From positions 2,048,001-2,112,000 of the forward strand of contig OY820591.1 in assembly GCA_963555985.3 (NCBI GenBank): 64,000 bases of DNA. The letters are read 5' to 3'. The notes beneath the pieces are model-generated. The model ran no database searches and was not told where the DNA came from. It worked only from the letters and a program-made list of their open reading frames with translations. Below, in pieces: positions 9,813-18,164 of the stretch. This DNA is from Dehalococcoidia bacterium. Lineage in GTDB: Bacteria > Chloroflexota > Dehalococcoidia > Bin125. Position numbers and translations under genes: made by a program. The first letter of the stretch is position 1. The number at the start of each line of letters is the position of its first letter.

Positions 9813-9959
9813 GGTCGTCCCCCTTGTGCTCGCCGATTCGGAGCCTACCAACCGCCTCCGCTCTAGTGCCCGCAGGCGGGCTGGCGCGCGTTTTCTAGAC
9901 TTTCAGTGATCGCGCCCGACCGACGGCGCGAAGTTGCCGCCAACCAAGGCTCAGGAACC

Positions 9960-10811
9960 ATGCCCACAACCACCCCAACCATCGACTGCCAAGTGCACGC
10001 CTACGAGCGCAATAGTCCGGAGAACCCCTGGCGTTCATTCCTGACCGGACCCGACGAGGTCACCGGCGACGACATGGTGGAGGCGATGGACGCCGTCGGC
10101 GTCGATGGCGCCATCCTCATCTCGCCCTTCACGATCTACGGCTACGACCCCACCTACGTGCTGTCGGTACACGCGAAACACCCCGATCGCTTCGGACTGG
10201 TCAAGCCGTTCGATCCGCAGTCGGCCTCGGTCGCCGACGAAGTCGCGGAGTGGACGGCGCAGCCGGGCGCGGTCGGCGCGCGGGTGATGCTCAGCTTCGA
10301 GGATTTGAGCGCCGATGATCCGGGCGTCGACCGCATTCTGGAGGCGGGCGCGCAGGCCGGCGTACCGGTCAATGTCCTCTGCTCCGGCAAGATTCCGCTC
10401 TTTCGCGAGTTCGCGCGGCGGCATCCCAACACGCAGTTGGTGATCGATCATGTCGGCTTGGCGCAGCCGTTTGATCCGCCCGCGCCGGCGCAGCCCTGGG
10501 CCGACCTCGAAAACGTGGCCTCGCTGGCGCAGTTTGAGCATGTAGCGATCAAGATTTCCGGGGCCTGCACGCTCTCGCACGAACCGTTCCCTTATTCCGA
10601 CATCTGGGAGCCGCTGGAGCGGCTGTTCGAGGCGTTCGGGTTCGAGCGCTGTATGTGGGGCACCGACTGGACGCGGGCGGTGAATCTGTTGACTTACGAG
10701 CAAGGCGTTGAGGCGTTTCGTGTGACCGAGCGGCTCTCGGAGGTCGAACGTGCCGCGCTGATGGGCGGCACGCTGCAAGAGATTTACGGCTGGTCGCCCG
10801 GCGCAACCTAA
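9960..10811 (+). CDS. Amidohydrolase_2 family protein
   Basis: IDCQVH, VIDHVG, KISG, RCMWGTDW. Confidence 0.88.
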   Translation: MPTTTPTIDCQVHAYERNSPENPWRSFLTGPDEVTGDDMVEAMDAVGVDGAILISPFTIYGYDPTYVLSVHAKHPDRFGLVKPFDPQSASVADEVAEWTAQPGAVGARVMLSFEDLSADDPGVDRILEAGAQAGVPVNVLCSGKIPLFREFARRHPNTQLVIDHVGLAQPFDPPAPAQPWADLENVASLAQFEHVAIKISGACTLSHEPFPYSDIWEPLERLFEAFGFERCMWGTDWTRAVNLLTYEQGVEAFRVTERLSEVERAALMGGTLQEIYGWSPGAT

Positions 10812-10868
10812 GCGCCACCCGACTCTCTCCTCCCTCTTGTAGAGACCTGCGCATAAGTCGATTTTGTC

Positions 10869-10983
10869 CCGTCATTGCCGCGCTCCGACGCGGCAATCTC
10901 GCTGCGTGAGCGACGATGGTGCAGATCACGGCGAGATATCCCACAGGACGGAGACAGGCTCCGCGGCAAGCGCGGGTATGACG
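10869..10983. repeat. CGTC-type REP doublet (inverted pair with conserved spacer), with a nested insert in the right arm
   Basis: ccgtcattgccgcgctccgacgcggcaatctcg...cacggcgagata[insert]ccgcggcaagcgcgggtatgacg; close match to 42769-42863, spacer included. Confidence 0.85.
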
Positions 10984-11003
10984 ATCTTTGATTTACGCAA
11001 AGG

Positions 11004-11045
11004 TCTCCTTGAGGGGGAGATGCCCCGTAGGTGCAGAGGGGGTGA
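11004..11045. repeat. CTCCC/GGGAG-type palindromic repeat
   Basis: tctccttgagggggagatgccccgtaggtgcagagggggtgag; resembles the hairpins at 39.3, 56.1 and 61.6 kb. Confidence 0.55.
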
Positions 11046-11099
11046 GAACGCCGCAGTCCTCTCACCAAACTTCACCGATCTCCCACACCACCCCCCGCG

Positions 11100-11996
11100 T
11101 TAGTGGGCGGCGCTGCTTGCCTCGACTCCGGCAGCGGCCGTTTCGCTCGCAGCGGCGGGCATCAGCTCGGGCAGCCGACCGGGTTCCGGCTCTGTCTCCG
11201 ACGCGGGCGCGATCAGGCTGATTGCCAGCGCTCCGGAGATCGGATCGCGGTAGCAGGCGGCCTTGACCGCGAAGGCGGACTCAATCGTCTCTGGCGTGAG
11301 CACATCCTGCGGCGGGCCTTCGGTGAGCACCCGCCCTTCGCTGAGCAAGACCAGACGATCGCAGTATCTGGCGGCCAGATTGAGGTCGTGGATAGCGGCG
11401 ATGGCAGTGAGCCCATCGTCAACCAGATCTCGTACCAGGCTGAGAATCTTGAGTTGGTGGAGGATGTCCAGGTTGGCGGTCGGCTCGTCGAGCAGGAGGA
11501 TGCTGGGCTGCTGGGCGATGGCGCGGGCGAGGAAGACACGCTGGCGTTCGCCGCCGGACAAGGTGTCGAGCGTTCTGTCGGCAAACGCTTCGGTCTCGGT
11601 CAAGCGCATCGCGTCGCGGCTGATGCGAGCGTCTTCCTTGCCCTCCACCTGAAACCGCCCCAGATGCGGGTAGCGTCCCATCAGCACCAACTCGAACGCG
11701 GTGAAGCCCTGCGTATAGGGAGCGATCTGTGGAACGAGCGCGAGGATTTCGGCGACCTCGCGGGCGCGAAGCGACTTGAGCTCCGCTCCATGCAGCGAGA
11801 CTGCGCCCTCCTGGTAGCCGAGGACATTGGAGAGCGCGCGCAGCAGGGTCGACTTGCCCGCCCCGTTGGGGCCAATCAAGCCAACGAACTGTCCGTGTTC
11901 CGCGCGCAGATCGACCCGATCCAGCAGCCGTTTCGCTTCGACGCTGAAGGAGAGCGCCTGCGCCTCGACTGCGGGTTTGTGATTGCGGGTGACCAT
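11100..11996 (-). CDS. Cobalamin/Fe-siderophore ABC transporter ATP-binding subunit (BtuD/FepC-like)
   Basis: GPNGAGKST, LSGGERQR, LLLDEPT, IHDLNLAARY. Confidence 0.92.
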   Translation of the reverse strand: MVTRNHKPAVEAQALSFSVEAKRLLDRVDLRAEHGQFVGLIGPNGAGKSTLLRALSNVLGYQEGAVSLHGAELKSLRAREVAEILALVPQIAPYTQGFTAFELVLMGRYPHLGRFQVEGKEDARISRDAMRLTETEAFADRTLDTLSGGERQRVFLARAIAQQPSILLLDEPTANLDILHQLKILSLVRDLVDDGLTAIAAIHDLNLAARYCDRLVLLSEGRVLTEGPPQDVLTPETIESAFAVKAACYRDPISGALAISLIAPASETEPEPGRLPELMPAAASETAAAGVEASSAAH

Positions 11997-11999
11997 GTC

Positions 12000-13298
12000 C
12001 TACTCGGGCAAGCTAAAGGAGGCGGCGGGTGGGTCGGTGAAGTCATCCGGCCAGAGGATTCGCGCGAGCTCCTCCGCGCCGCGAATGTTCCAGTGCGAGA
12101 GCGTGGTGAAGAGCTTGCTGTCGACGATGTAGACCGCCTCGTTCCGGATCGCCGGCACTTCCGCCAGCGCTTCGTTCTCGAACAGGCTCTGCCGAAACTC
12201 CTCCGCGCCGAAGGCCGCCGGTTGGGGGATGAAGATCACATCCGGCGACATGGCGATCACCGACTCCAGGCTGATCGTCTGATTGCCCTCCACCTCTGCG
12301 GCGGCGTTAAGGCCGCCGGCAGCCTCAATCAGCTCGCCCTGGGTAGAGCCGACCCCGGCGGTCCAGATGGAGTCGCCATATTGAGTCAACGACAGCACGC
12401 TCGGCCGATTCGACTTGCCGGCGGTGATGTCCAACACCGCCTGGTAGCGCGCCTGCACCTCGCCGGCGAAGGCAATGGCGCGTTCCTCCTCACCGAGCAT
12501 GTAGCCAATCAGCAGAACGTTGTTGATCTGCGCCTGCGGGTCAAGCTCCAGTGCGGTCTGAATGACCAGAATGCCGGCGCGCTGGAGGGCGTCAATGCCC
12601 TCAACCGGGTACCAGGGACTGGTCACGACGATGTCGGGTTCGGCGACGATGATCGTTTCCGGATCGCGGGATACCTCCGGCTTGTCGAGCACGAGCTCGG
12701 CAATGTTGGAGTAGGTGGCGTCTTTGGAAACCGCGCCGACGGCGACGAGGCGCTCGCTGGGCACGAGTGCGAGCACAACCTCATCGTGGCCGATCGAGGC
12801 GGTGACGATCCGCAGCGGCTTGGCCGGAATGCTGACAACTCCACCCAGTCCCTCAACCTCGCGCGGCCAGCCGTGGTTGCTTGGATCAACAATGCCGGGC
12901 ACGCCCTCGAACGAGAGAGCTTCGTCGCTCGGCTCTTCCGCTTGGGCGACCGTTTGCTGTTCGGTCTGCTGTTCGGTCTGTTGCTGCGGCTGGGCTTGAA
13001 CTTGTTCAGCTTGGCTTTCAGTTGTCTCCTCGGCGGACGCTGCGGGCTCGGACTGTGCTTCCGTCTGCTCCTCTGCCTCTTGCTGAACAGTCTCAACCGA
13101 CTGTTGGGCGGGCTGTTCCGAGGGAGCCTGAGCTTGTGGTTGCGCCTGCTGCTCTTGCGGTTGCTCCGCCTGGGCTGCTGCGGTGGCTTGAGCGGACGGC
13201 TCGGCCTGGGGCGGTTCGTCGGATGAGCAGGCCGCAAGCGCGACGCCCAAGAACAGCACCAGTGGTAAGAGAATCACGCGAACCTGTGGCATCGACAC
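12000..13298 (-). CDS. Cobalamin ABC transporter substrate-binding lipoprotein (BtuF-like) with a Q/E/A-rich linker
   Basis: Lipobox LAAC, Gln-rich linker, KPLRIV..., SLESVIAMSPDVI; in the operon under the B12 riboswitch. Confidence 0.88.
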   Translation of the reverse strand: MSMPQVRVILLPLVLFLGVALAACSSDEPPQAEPSAQATAAAQAEQPQEQQAQPQAQAPSEQPAQQSVETVQQEAEEQTEAQSEPAASAEETTESQAEQVQAQPQQQTEQQTEQQTVAQAEEPSDEALSFEGVPGIVDPSNHGWPREVEGLGGVVSIPAKPLRIVTASIGHDEVVLALVPSERLVAVGAVSKDATYSNIAELVLDKPEVSRDPETIIVAEPDIVVTSPWYPVEGIDALQRAGILVIQTALELDPQAQINNVLLIGYMLGEEERAIAFAGEVQARYQAVLDITAGKSNRPSVLSLTQYGDSIWTAGVGSTQGELIEAAGGLNAAAEVEGNQTISLESVIAMSPDVIFIPQPAAFGAEEFRQSLFENEALAEVPAIRNEAVYIVDSKLFTTLSHWNIRGAEELARILWPDDFTDPPAASFSLPE

Positions 13299-13324
13299 GC
13301 CGACTCCTCTCGATGGCCGCCTCG

Positions 13325-14419
13325 TCAGAGCGAGTAGACCTGTCGTTTGTTCCTAATCAGCAGGAGGATGAAAAACGGCGCTCCCACGAAGGCGGTCAGA
13401 ATGCCGACGCGGAACTCGGCCGGTTGGATGATCGTGCGGGCGACGGTGTCGGCCAGGATCACGAAGGCTGCGCCGCCGAGCGCGCTCATCGGGATCAGGA
13501 CGCGGTTGTCCGGCCCCAGCATGAGCCGGAGAATGTGCGGAATCACGAGGCCGACGAAGGCGATCGTGCCGCTGACCGCGACAGCGGCGCCCGTCGCCAG
13601 CGCGGAAGCGGCCAAGAGGACGATGCGCGTGAAACCGGTGCGGACGCCCATCGAACGCGCTTCGTCATCGCCGAGCATGAGCAGGTTGAGATCGCGCGCC
13701 ATCAGCAGGAGCAGGAGAGTGCTGCCCAGGATCAGCGGGCCGGCAATCCGCACGTGCTCCCAGGAGCGGGCGTCGAGTCCGCCGGCCAGCCAGAACAGGA
13801 TCTCGCGCAGGGCGTCGTTGTCGGGCAGGACGATGATGATCGCGGAGATGACCGCGCCCAAAAAGGCGTTGACCGCGACTCCGGCGAGCAGGAGCGTCGC
13901 CATCGAGAAGTGTCCGCCGACCACGGCGATGCCGTAGACCAGAAACGCCGCCGCCATCGCGCCGGCAAAGGCGAAGGCCGGCAGCGCCAGGAAGAACAAT
14001 CCAGCCATACCCGTCGCAATAGCGACCACTGCGCCCAAGGCGCCGCCGGCGGAGACGCCGATGATGCCCGGATCGGCCATCGGATTGCGGAACAGTCCCT
14101 GCATCGTCGCGCCGGCTACGCCGAGCGCCATCCCCACCACCGCGCCGACGATGATCCGGGGCAGCCGGATCTGGTCGATCACGAGCTGCTCGGTGCGCCC
14201 GAACTCGGGTACGTCGAACCCAATCGAGGAAAGCACGATCCAGGCGACATGGCTGACGGGAATATCAACCGGGCCGAGGCTGAGCGAGATCAGGCCGACC
14301 AGCAGCACTAGCGCCAGCAGGATCGAGGCGCCGATCGTCAGACGGGCGGAGACGCCCATCCGGCGGTAGCCGTGCAGCTTGGAGATTCCCGTGACGCGCA
14401 AACGAAACGCCTCCAACAT
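13325..14419 (-). CDS. Cobalamin ABC transporter permease (BtuC/FecCD family)
   Basis: IRLPRI, QGLFRNPMADP, GTIAFVGLVIPH, GAPFF. Confidence 0.92.
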   Translation of the reverse strand: MLEAFRLRVTGISKLHGYRRMGVSARLTIGASILLALVLLVGLISLSLGPVDIPVSHVAWIVLSSIGFDVPEFGRTEQLVIDQIRLPRIIVGAVVGMALGVAGATMQGLFRNPMADPGIIGVSAGGALGAVVAIATGMAGLFFLALPAFAFAGAMAAAFLVYGIAVVGGHFSMATLLLAGVAVNAFLGAVISAIIIVLPDNDALREILFWLAGGLDARSWEHVRIAGPLILGSTLLLLLMARDLNLLMLGDDEARSMGVRTGFTRIVLLAASALATGAAVAVSGTIAFVGLVIPHILRLMLGPDNRVLIPMSALGGAAFVILADTVARTIIQPAEFRVGILTAFVGAPFFILLLIRNKRQVYSL

Positions 14420-14505
14420 TGCTCCGCTGGAGGCGTGGAATTCGACCTGCCCGGACGGCTGCCCGGAGATCGAGGGACCTCTCTGAAGCGGAGAGTTGTC
14501 ACCTC

Positions 14506-14672
14506 ATCGTCCAGGCAGGTCTCCTGGCTCGCGGGCGGAGTGCTGTGCCGAGCCCTTCCCATCGGCGATCCGACAGTGGGCCTCAGCTCCGTCTCCCGCT
14601 CACAGTGGCGCTACCGCGTCGGAATTGCACCGACTTCCCTATTCTCCCGGGACGGGCACCTGGACGAGTGTT
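14506..14672 (-). promoter_or_regulatory. Cobalamin (AdoCbl) riboswitch
   Basis: Minus strand AGGTGC...AATAGGGAAGTCGGTGCAATTCCGACGCGGTAGCGCCACTGTGA...CCACTG...TGGGAAGG...GAGCCAGGAGACCTGCC (B12 box), upstream of the btuC-like gene. Confidence 0.95.
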
Positions 14673-14760
14673 GTGATGTGGAGGCTAGCAGGCGCACCCT
14701 GCCGTAAACAAGCTCAGTGCGCACGCCTAGCCTGCGCCCTGCATCTCCCAAGGGGAGACT

Positions 14761-15561
14761 ATGAAGGAAGGCAACATGACCGAAGCTTCGTTTGCCCGCT
14801 TCGAAGACAAGGTGGCGTTGATCAGCGGAGCCGCCAACGGCATCTGCCGCGTCAGCGCCGAGATCATCGCCGCCGAAGGCGGAAGGATCGCCGCCGTCGA
14901 CTACGACCGGGAGCTGCTTGACAGCGCGATGGAGGCCTTCGCCCAGGCCGGCGGCGGCTCGCATCACGCCTATCCCGCCAATGCGCTCCGGCAGGAGGAA
15001 GTCGACGCCGTCGTCGCCGACGTGATCGACCGCTTCGGTAGGATCGACATCCTGATCAACGGCGTCGGCGGCTCGACGATCATCGCCAACTCAGCCGCGC
15101 GTGCCGACGAACTGACGATGGAGGAGTGGCAGCAAGTGCTCGACTTCAACCTCAGCGGCACGTTCCTCTTTTGCCACGCCACAATTCCGCATATGACCCG
15201 GCAGGGCAGCGGCAAGATTGTCAACTTCGCCTCGATCGCCGGCCGGGGTAAGAGCGCCAGTAGCTCCTCGGCCTACGCGGCGGCCAAGGGCGGGATCATC
15301 GCCTTCACGACCAAACTCGCGTTGGAGGTCGGTCCCGCAGGCATCAACGTCAACGCAATCGCACCCTCAGCCACCCTCACCGAACGCATCCGCCGCCACT
15401 GGGAGACCCGGCCCGCAGAACTGCGAGAACAAGCCGTCGCCTCAACCCCGCTGGGCCGGCTCGCCGAACCAATCGACCAGGCCAATGTCGTCTGCTTTCT
15501 GGCGTCGTCGCACGCGGACTTCGTCACCGGCGTCACGATCGATGTAACCGGCGGTGCCTAG
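14761..15561 (+). CDS. Short-chain dehydrogenase/reductase (FabG-like)
   Basis: SGAANGI, YAAAK, VNAIAP; alternative start at 14776. Confidence 0.92.
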   Translation: MKEGNMTEASFARFEDKVALISGAANGICRVSAEIIAAEGGRIAAVDYDRELLDSAMEAFAQAGGGSHHAYPANALRQEEVDAVVADVIDRFGRIDILINGVGGSTIIANSAARADELTMEEWQQVLDFNLSGTFLFCHATIPHMTRQGSGKIVNFASIAGRGKSASSSSAYAAAKGGIIAFTTKLALEVGPAGINVNAIAPSATLTERIRRHWETRPAELREQAVASTPLGRLAEPIDQANVVCFLASSHADFVTGVTIDVTGGA

Positions 15562-16595
15562 AGCTCTCCCGACTTCATCACTGGCAAGACCTCTTCCGCG
15601 AACAGCTGCATCGATCCCAGCACCTGCTCTTGCGAGAGGTCGCCGAACCAGAAGTTCGCGTTGAAGTGGTCGGTGCCCATGACTTCGCGGAGCTGCTTGA
15701 TCTTGGCGATGCAGGTATCGGGCGTACCCATCACGAAGTAGCGGTCGAGCAGATCCTCCGCCGTTGGTTCCGTGTCCAACGGGATCGCGACTGCCCGACC
15801 GTGGTCGACACGCGCCAGACCCTGGCGGAGGCTTAGGGTCACGCGCATGTTCCAGCGGGCCTGCTCGACGATCGCCGGCAACTCCGATTCATTGTGCGTG
15901 ACGTAGACGGGGCGCTGAGTGCTGACCCGAACTGATTCGCGCCGCGCGGGATCCGGAATCGCCTGATCGAAGGTTTGGCGGAACTCGGCTAGCCGCTCGA
16001 TCGGGATGCCGAATCCGCCGGAGACCAGGTTGAAGCCTCGCTCTGCGGTGGCCGCGATCGACTCGTGGCTCTGTCCAACCACCCAGAACGGCGGATGCGG
16101 CTTCTGCACGGGCATCGGAAAGATGCTGGTCTCGTCGAAGCAATAGTACTTGCCCTCGTGTGAGAATGGCTTGCCCGCGAATGCCTTAAGCAGGATGTCG
16201 ACGGACTCGTCAAAGCGTTCCCGGCTCTCGTCGAGCGTGTGACCAAGCCGGTCGAACTCATAGCGCTGATAGCCGCGACCCAGCCCGACATCAAGCCGGC
16301 CGCCGCTGAGCACGTCGGCGGTGGCGATCTCTTCTGCAACCACCAGGGGGTGGTGCAGCGGCAGCACCACGACGGCGGAGCCGACCCGGATCCGCTCCGT
16401 GTGAGCCGCGAGGTGCATCGCAAACATCAGCGGACGCGAGAGGTAGCCGTAGGTCGAGAAGTGATGCTCGGCGCACCAGATGCTGTCGAAGCCCAGCCGG
16501 TCGGCGCTCTGGGCCATCTCGGTCGCCCGCGCGAACACCTCGGCATGGTCCTGACCGCCTGGCGACTGGAGCAGCAGGAAGGTTCCGCAATCCAT
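15558..16595 (-). CDS. LLM-class (luciferase-like) flavin-dependent oxidoreductase
   Basis: WCAEHHF, HPLVVAEE.A..D.LSGGRL.VG.GRG, PVQKPHPP. Confidence 0.93.
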   Translation of the reverse strand: MDCGTFLLLQSPGGQDHAEVFARATEMAQSADRLGFDSIWCAEHHFSTYGYLSRPLMFAMHLAAHTERIRVGSAVVVLPLHHPLVVAEEIATADVLSGGRLDVGLGRGYQRYEFDRLGHTLDESRERFDESVDILLKAFAGKPFSHEGKYYCFDETSIFPMPVQKPHPPFWVVGQSHESIAATAERGFNLVSGGFGIPIERLAEFRQTFDQAIPDPARRESVRVSTQRPVYVTHNESELPAIVEQARWNMRVTLSLRQGLARVDHGRAVAIPLDTEPTAEDLLDRYFVMGTPDTCIAKIKQLREVMGTDHFNANFWFGDLSQEQVLGSMQLFAEEVLPVMKSGEL

Positions 16596-16659
16596 GAGGT
16601 CCGTTTCCGTTGCCGAGCGCCGAAGCCGCGCCCTGCCAATGCTGCCTAGCGCGATCCGT

Positions 16660-17640
16660 TCAGCCGTTCAGCGCCCGGTCGAGGGCGGACATTTCGTCGC
16701 GCTGCCAACGCCGGGAGATCTCTGAGTCCGGTACCAGCGCATTCGAGCCATGAAATGCGCCTGGATAGATGTGCAGCTCCACCGGCACATCGGCCTCCAG
16801 CAGGCCCTGCGTGTAGGCGACGCTCTCGTCGACGAAGAGATCGAGCGTGCCGACGTTGATGTAGGCCGGCGGTAGTCCGGCGAGATCGGTGGCGCGGGCC
16901 GGCGCCGCGTAGGGCGAGACATCCTCGCCGCCGGCGTTACCCGACAGGTACGCATTCCAGCCGGCGAGGTTGGAAGCGCGGTTCCAGACTCGCGGGTCGA
17001 GGATCGCATGGCTGCTGCGGGTGATGTTGCGATCGTCCAGCATCGGAAAGACCAGCAGCTGGAAGCAGACATCGACCTCGCCGCGGTCGCGGGCGACCAG
17101 TGCCAGACCTGCTGCGAGTCCGCCGCCGGCGCTGCCGCCGCCGATCGCGATCCGGCCGCGGTCGACGCCAAGCTCGTCGGCGGCCGAAGCGAACCAGCGC
17201 AGCCCGGCGTAGCAGTCCTCAATCGGCGCCGGGAACGGATGCTCGGGCGCGAGCCGGTACTCGACCGACGCGACCATCACGTTCAACTCGGCGGCGATCC
17301 CGGCGCAGTACGGGTCGTTCATGGCGACGCTGCCGAGCACCATCCCGCCTCCGTGGATCCAGTACAGCGCCGGAGCGCTATCCGGCAGCGACGTGGGACG
17401 GTAGAGCCGGACCATCACCTCGGGCGCGCCGTCGGGTCCGGGGGCCATGCGATCCTCGGTCACAACGCCCTCGGGCAGCGCCGCCGCCGGCAGCACGCCG
17501 TCGAGCATGCCGCGCAGCTCGGCGGCGGACTCGGGCGTGCTGAGCATGGCTTCCAGATCGCCTAGGCCCGGGAACTGTTGCAGCCCGGCAAGGTGTTCGG
17601 CGTCAAGGTACGCCTCAATTTCGAGTTCAGGGATGGCCAT
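16660..17640 (-). CDS. HSL-family alpha/beta hydrolase
   Basis: HGGG, YRLAPEHPFPA, GGSAGG, DLFVDE, GAFHG; start at MAIPEL. Confidence 0.92.
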   Translation of the reverse strand: MAIPELEIEAYLDAEHLAGLQQFPGLGDLEAMLSTPESAAELRGMLDGVLPAAALPEGVVTEDRMAPGPDGAPEVMVRLYRPTSLPDSAPALYWIHGGGMVLGSVAMNDPYCAGIAAELNVMVASVEYRLAPEHPFPAPIEDCYAGLRWFASAADELGVDRGRIAIGGGSAGGGLAAGLALVARDRGEVDVCFQLLVFPMLDDRNITRSSHAILDPRVWNRASNLAGWNAYLSGNAGGEDVSPYAAPARATDLAGLPPAYINVGTLDLFVDESVAYTQGLLEADVPVELHIYPGAFHGSNALVPDSEISRRWQRDEMSALDRALNG

Positions 17641-17827
17641 GGTGAGTTCTCCTGGTGGCGTCTGAGATCGCTTGCGGGGGCGTCCCGCATCTACCGGTGT
17701 TGCAAATCGTACCAAGCCCGCCACCGCTGCTCGGCCAGGGTCATCCACGATCGGGCGTCGCGCGCTCACTGCTTGCAACGTTTCCGCGCCCGGCCTAGCC
17801 TGAGCTACCGAACCTGCGGGGGTGTGG

Positions 17828-18142
17828 ATGCCGTCTCAATATCCGATCGATCCAAGCCGTACCGATCTCGCCCGGGAGTTCATGGCCAACCCCCTGGGCC
17901 CTCACAGCGCCGCGCTCCAGCGCATCGTCACCCGTATGCGCGACACCGAAGCGACCGGACGCTACGTCCTCGTCACCCGCGTCCCCTACAAAGAGTGGGG
18001 GCTCGCGCAACTCTCCGGTCAGCGCGGCGTGGATCTCACCCTCCTCGAAGACCAGGTGTTTACGTCTATCGAAGACGCGGAGCGCGCGGTGTTCAAACTG
18101 CGCTGGGAACTGATCACCGGTACCCCACTCCTACTCGACTAA
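17828..18142 (+). CDS. N,N-dimethylformamidase small-subunit-like protein
   Basis: EFMANPLGPHSAALQR...AERAVFKLRW; immediately upstream of the large subunit. Confidence 0.75.
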   Translation: MPSQYPIDPSRTDLAREFMANPLGPHSAALQRIVTRMRDTEATGRYVLVTRVPYKEWGLAQLSGQRGVDLTLLEDQVFTSIEDAERAVFKLRWELITGTPLLLD

Positions 18143-18164
18143 TCCATCCCCGAGGGAGCGATTC

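Noticed and set aside
11103-13226. Long antisense ORFs (707 aa here; also 43898-46207, 52240-54099, 54190-55806, 61713-62957)
   Set aside because: Antisense shadows of well-supported genes, expected in high-GC DNA
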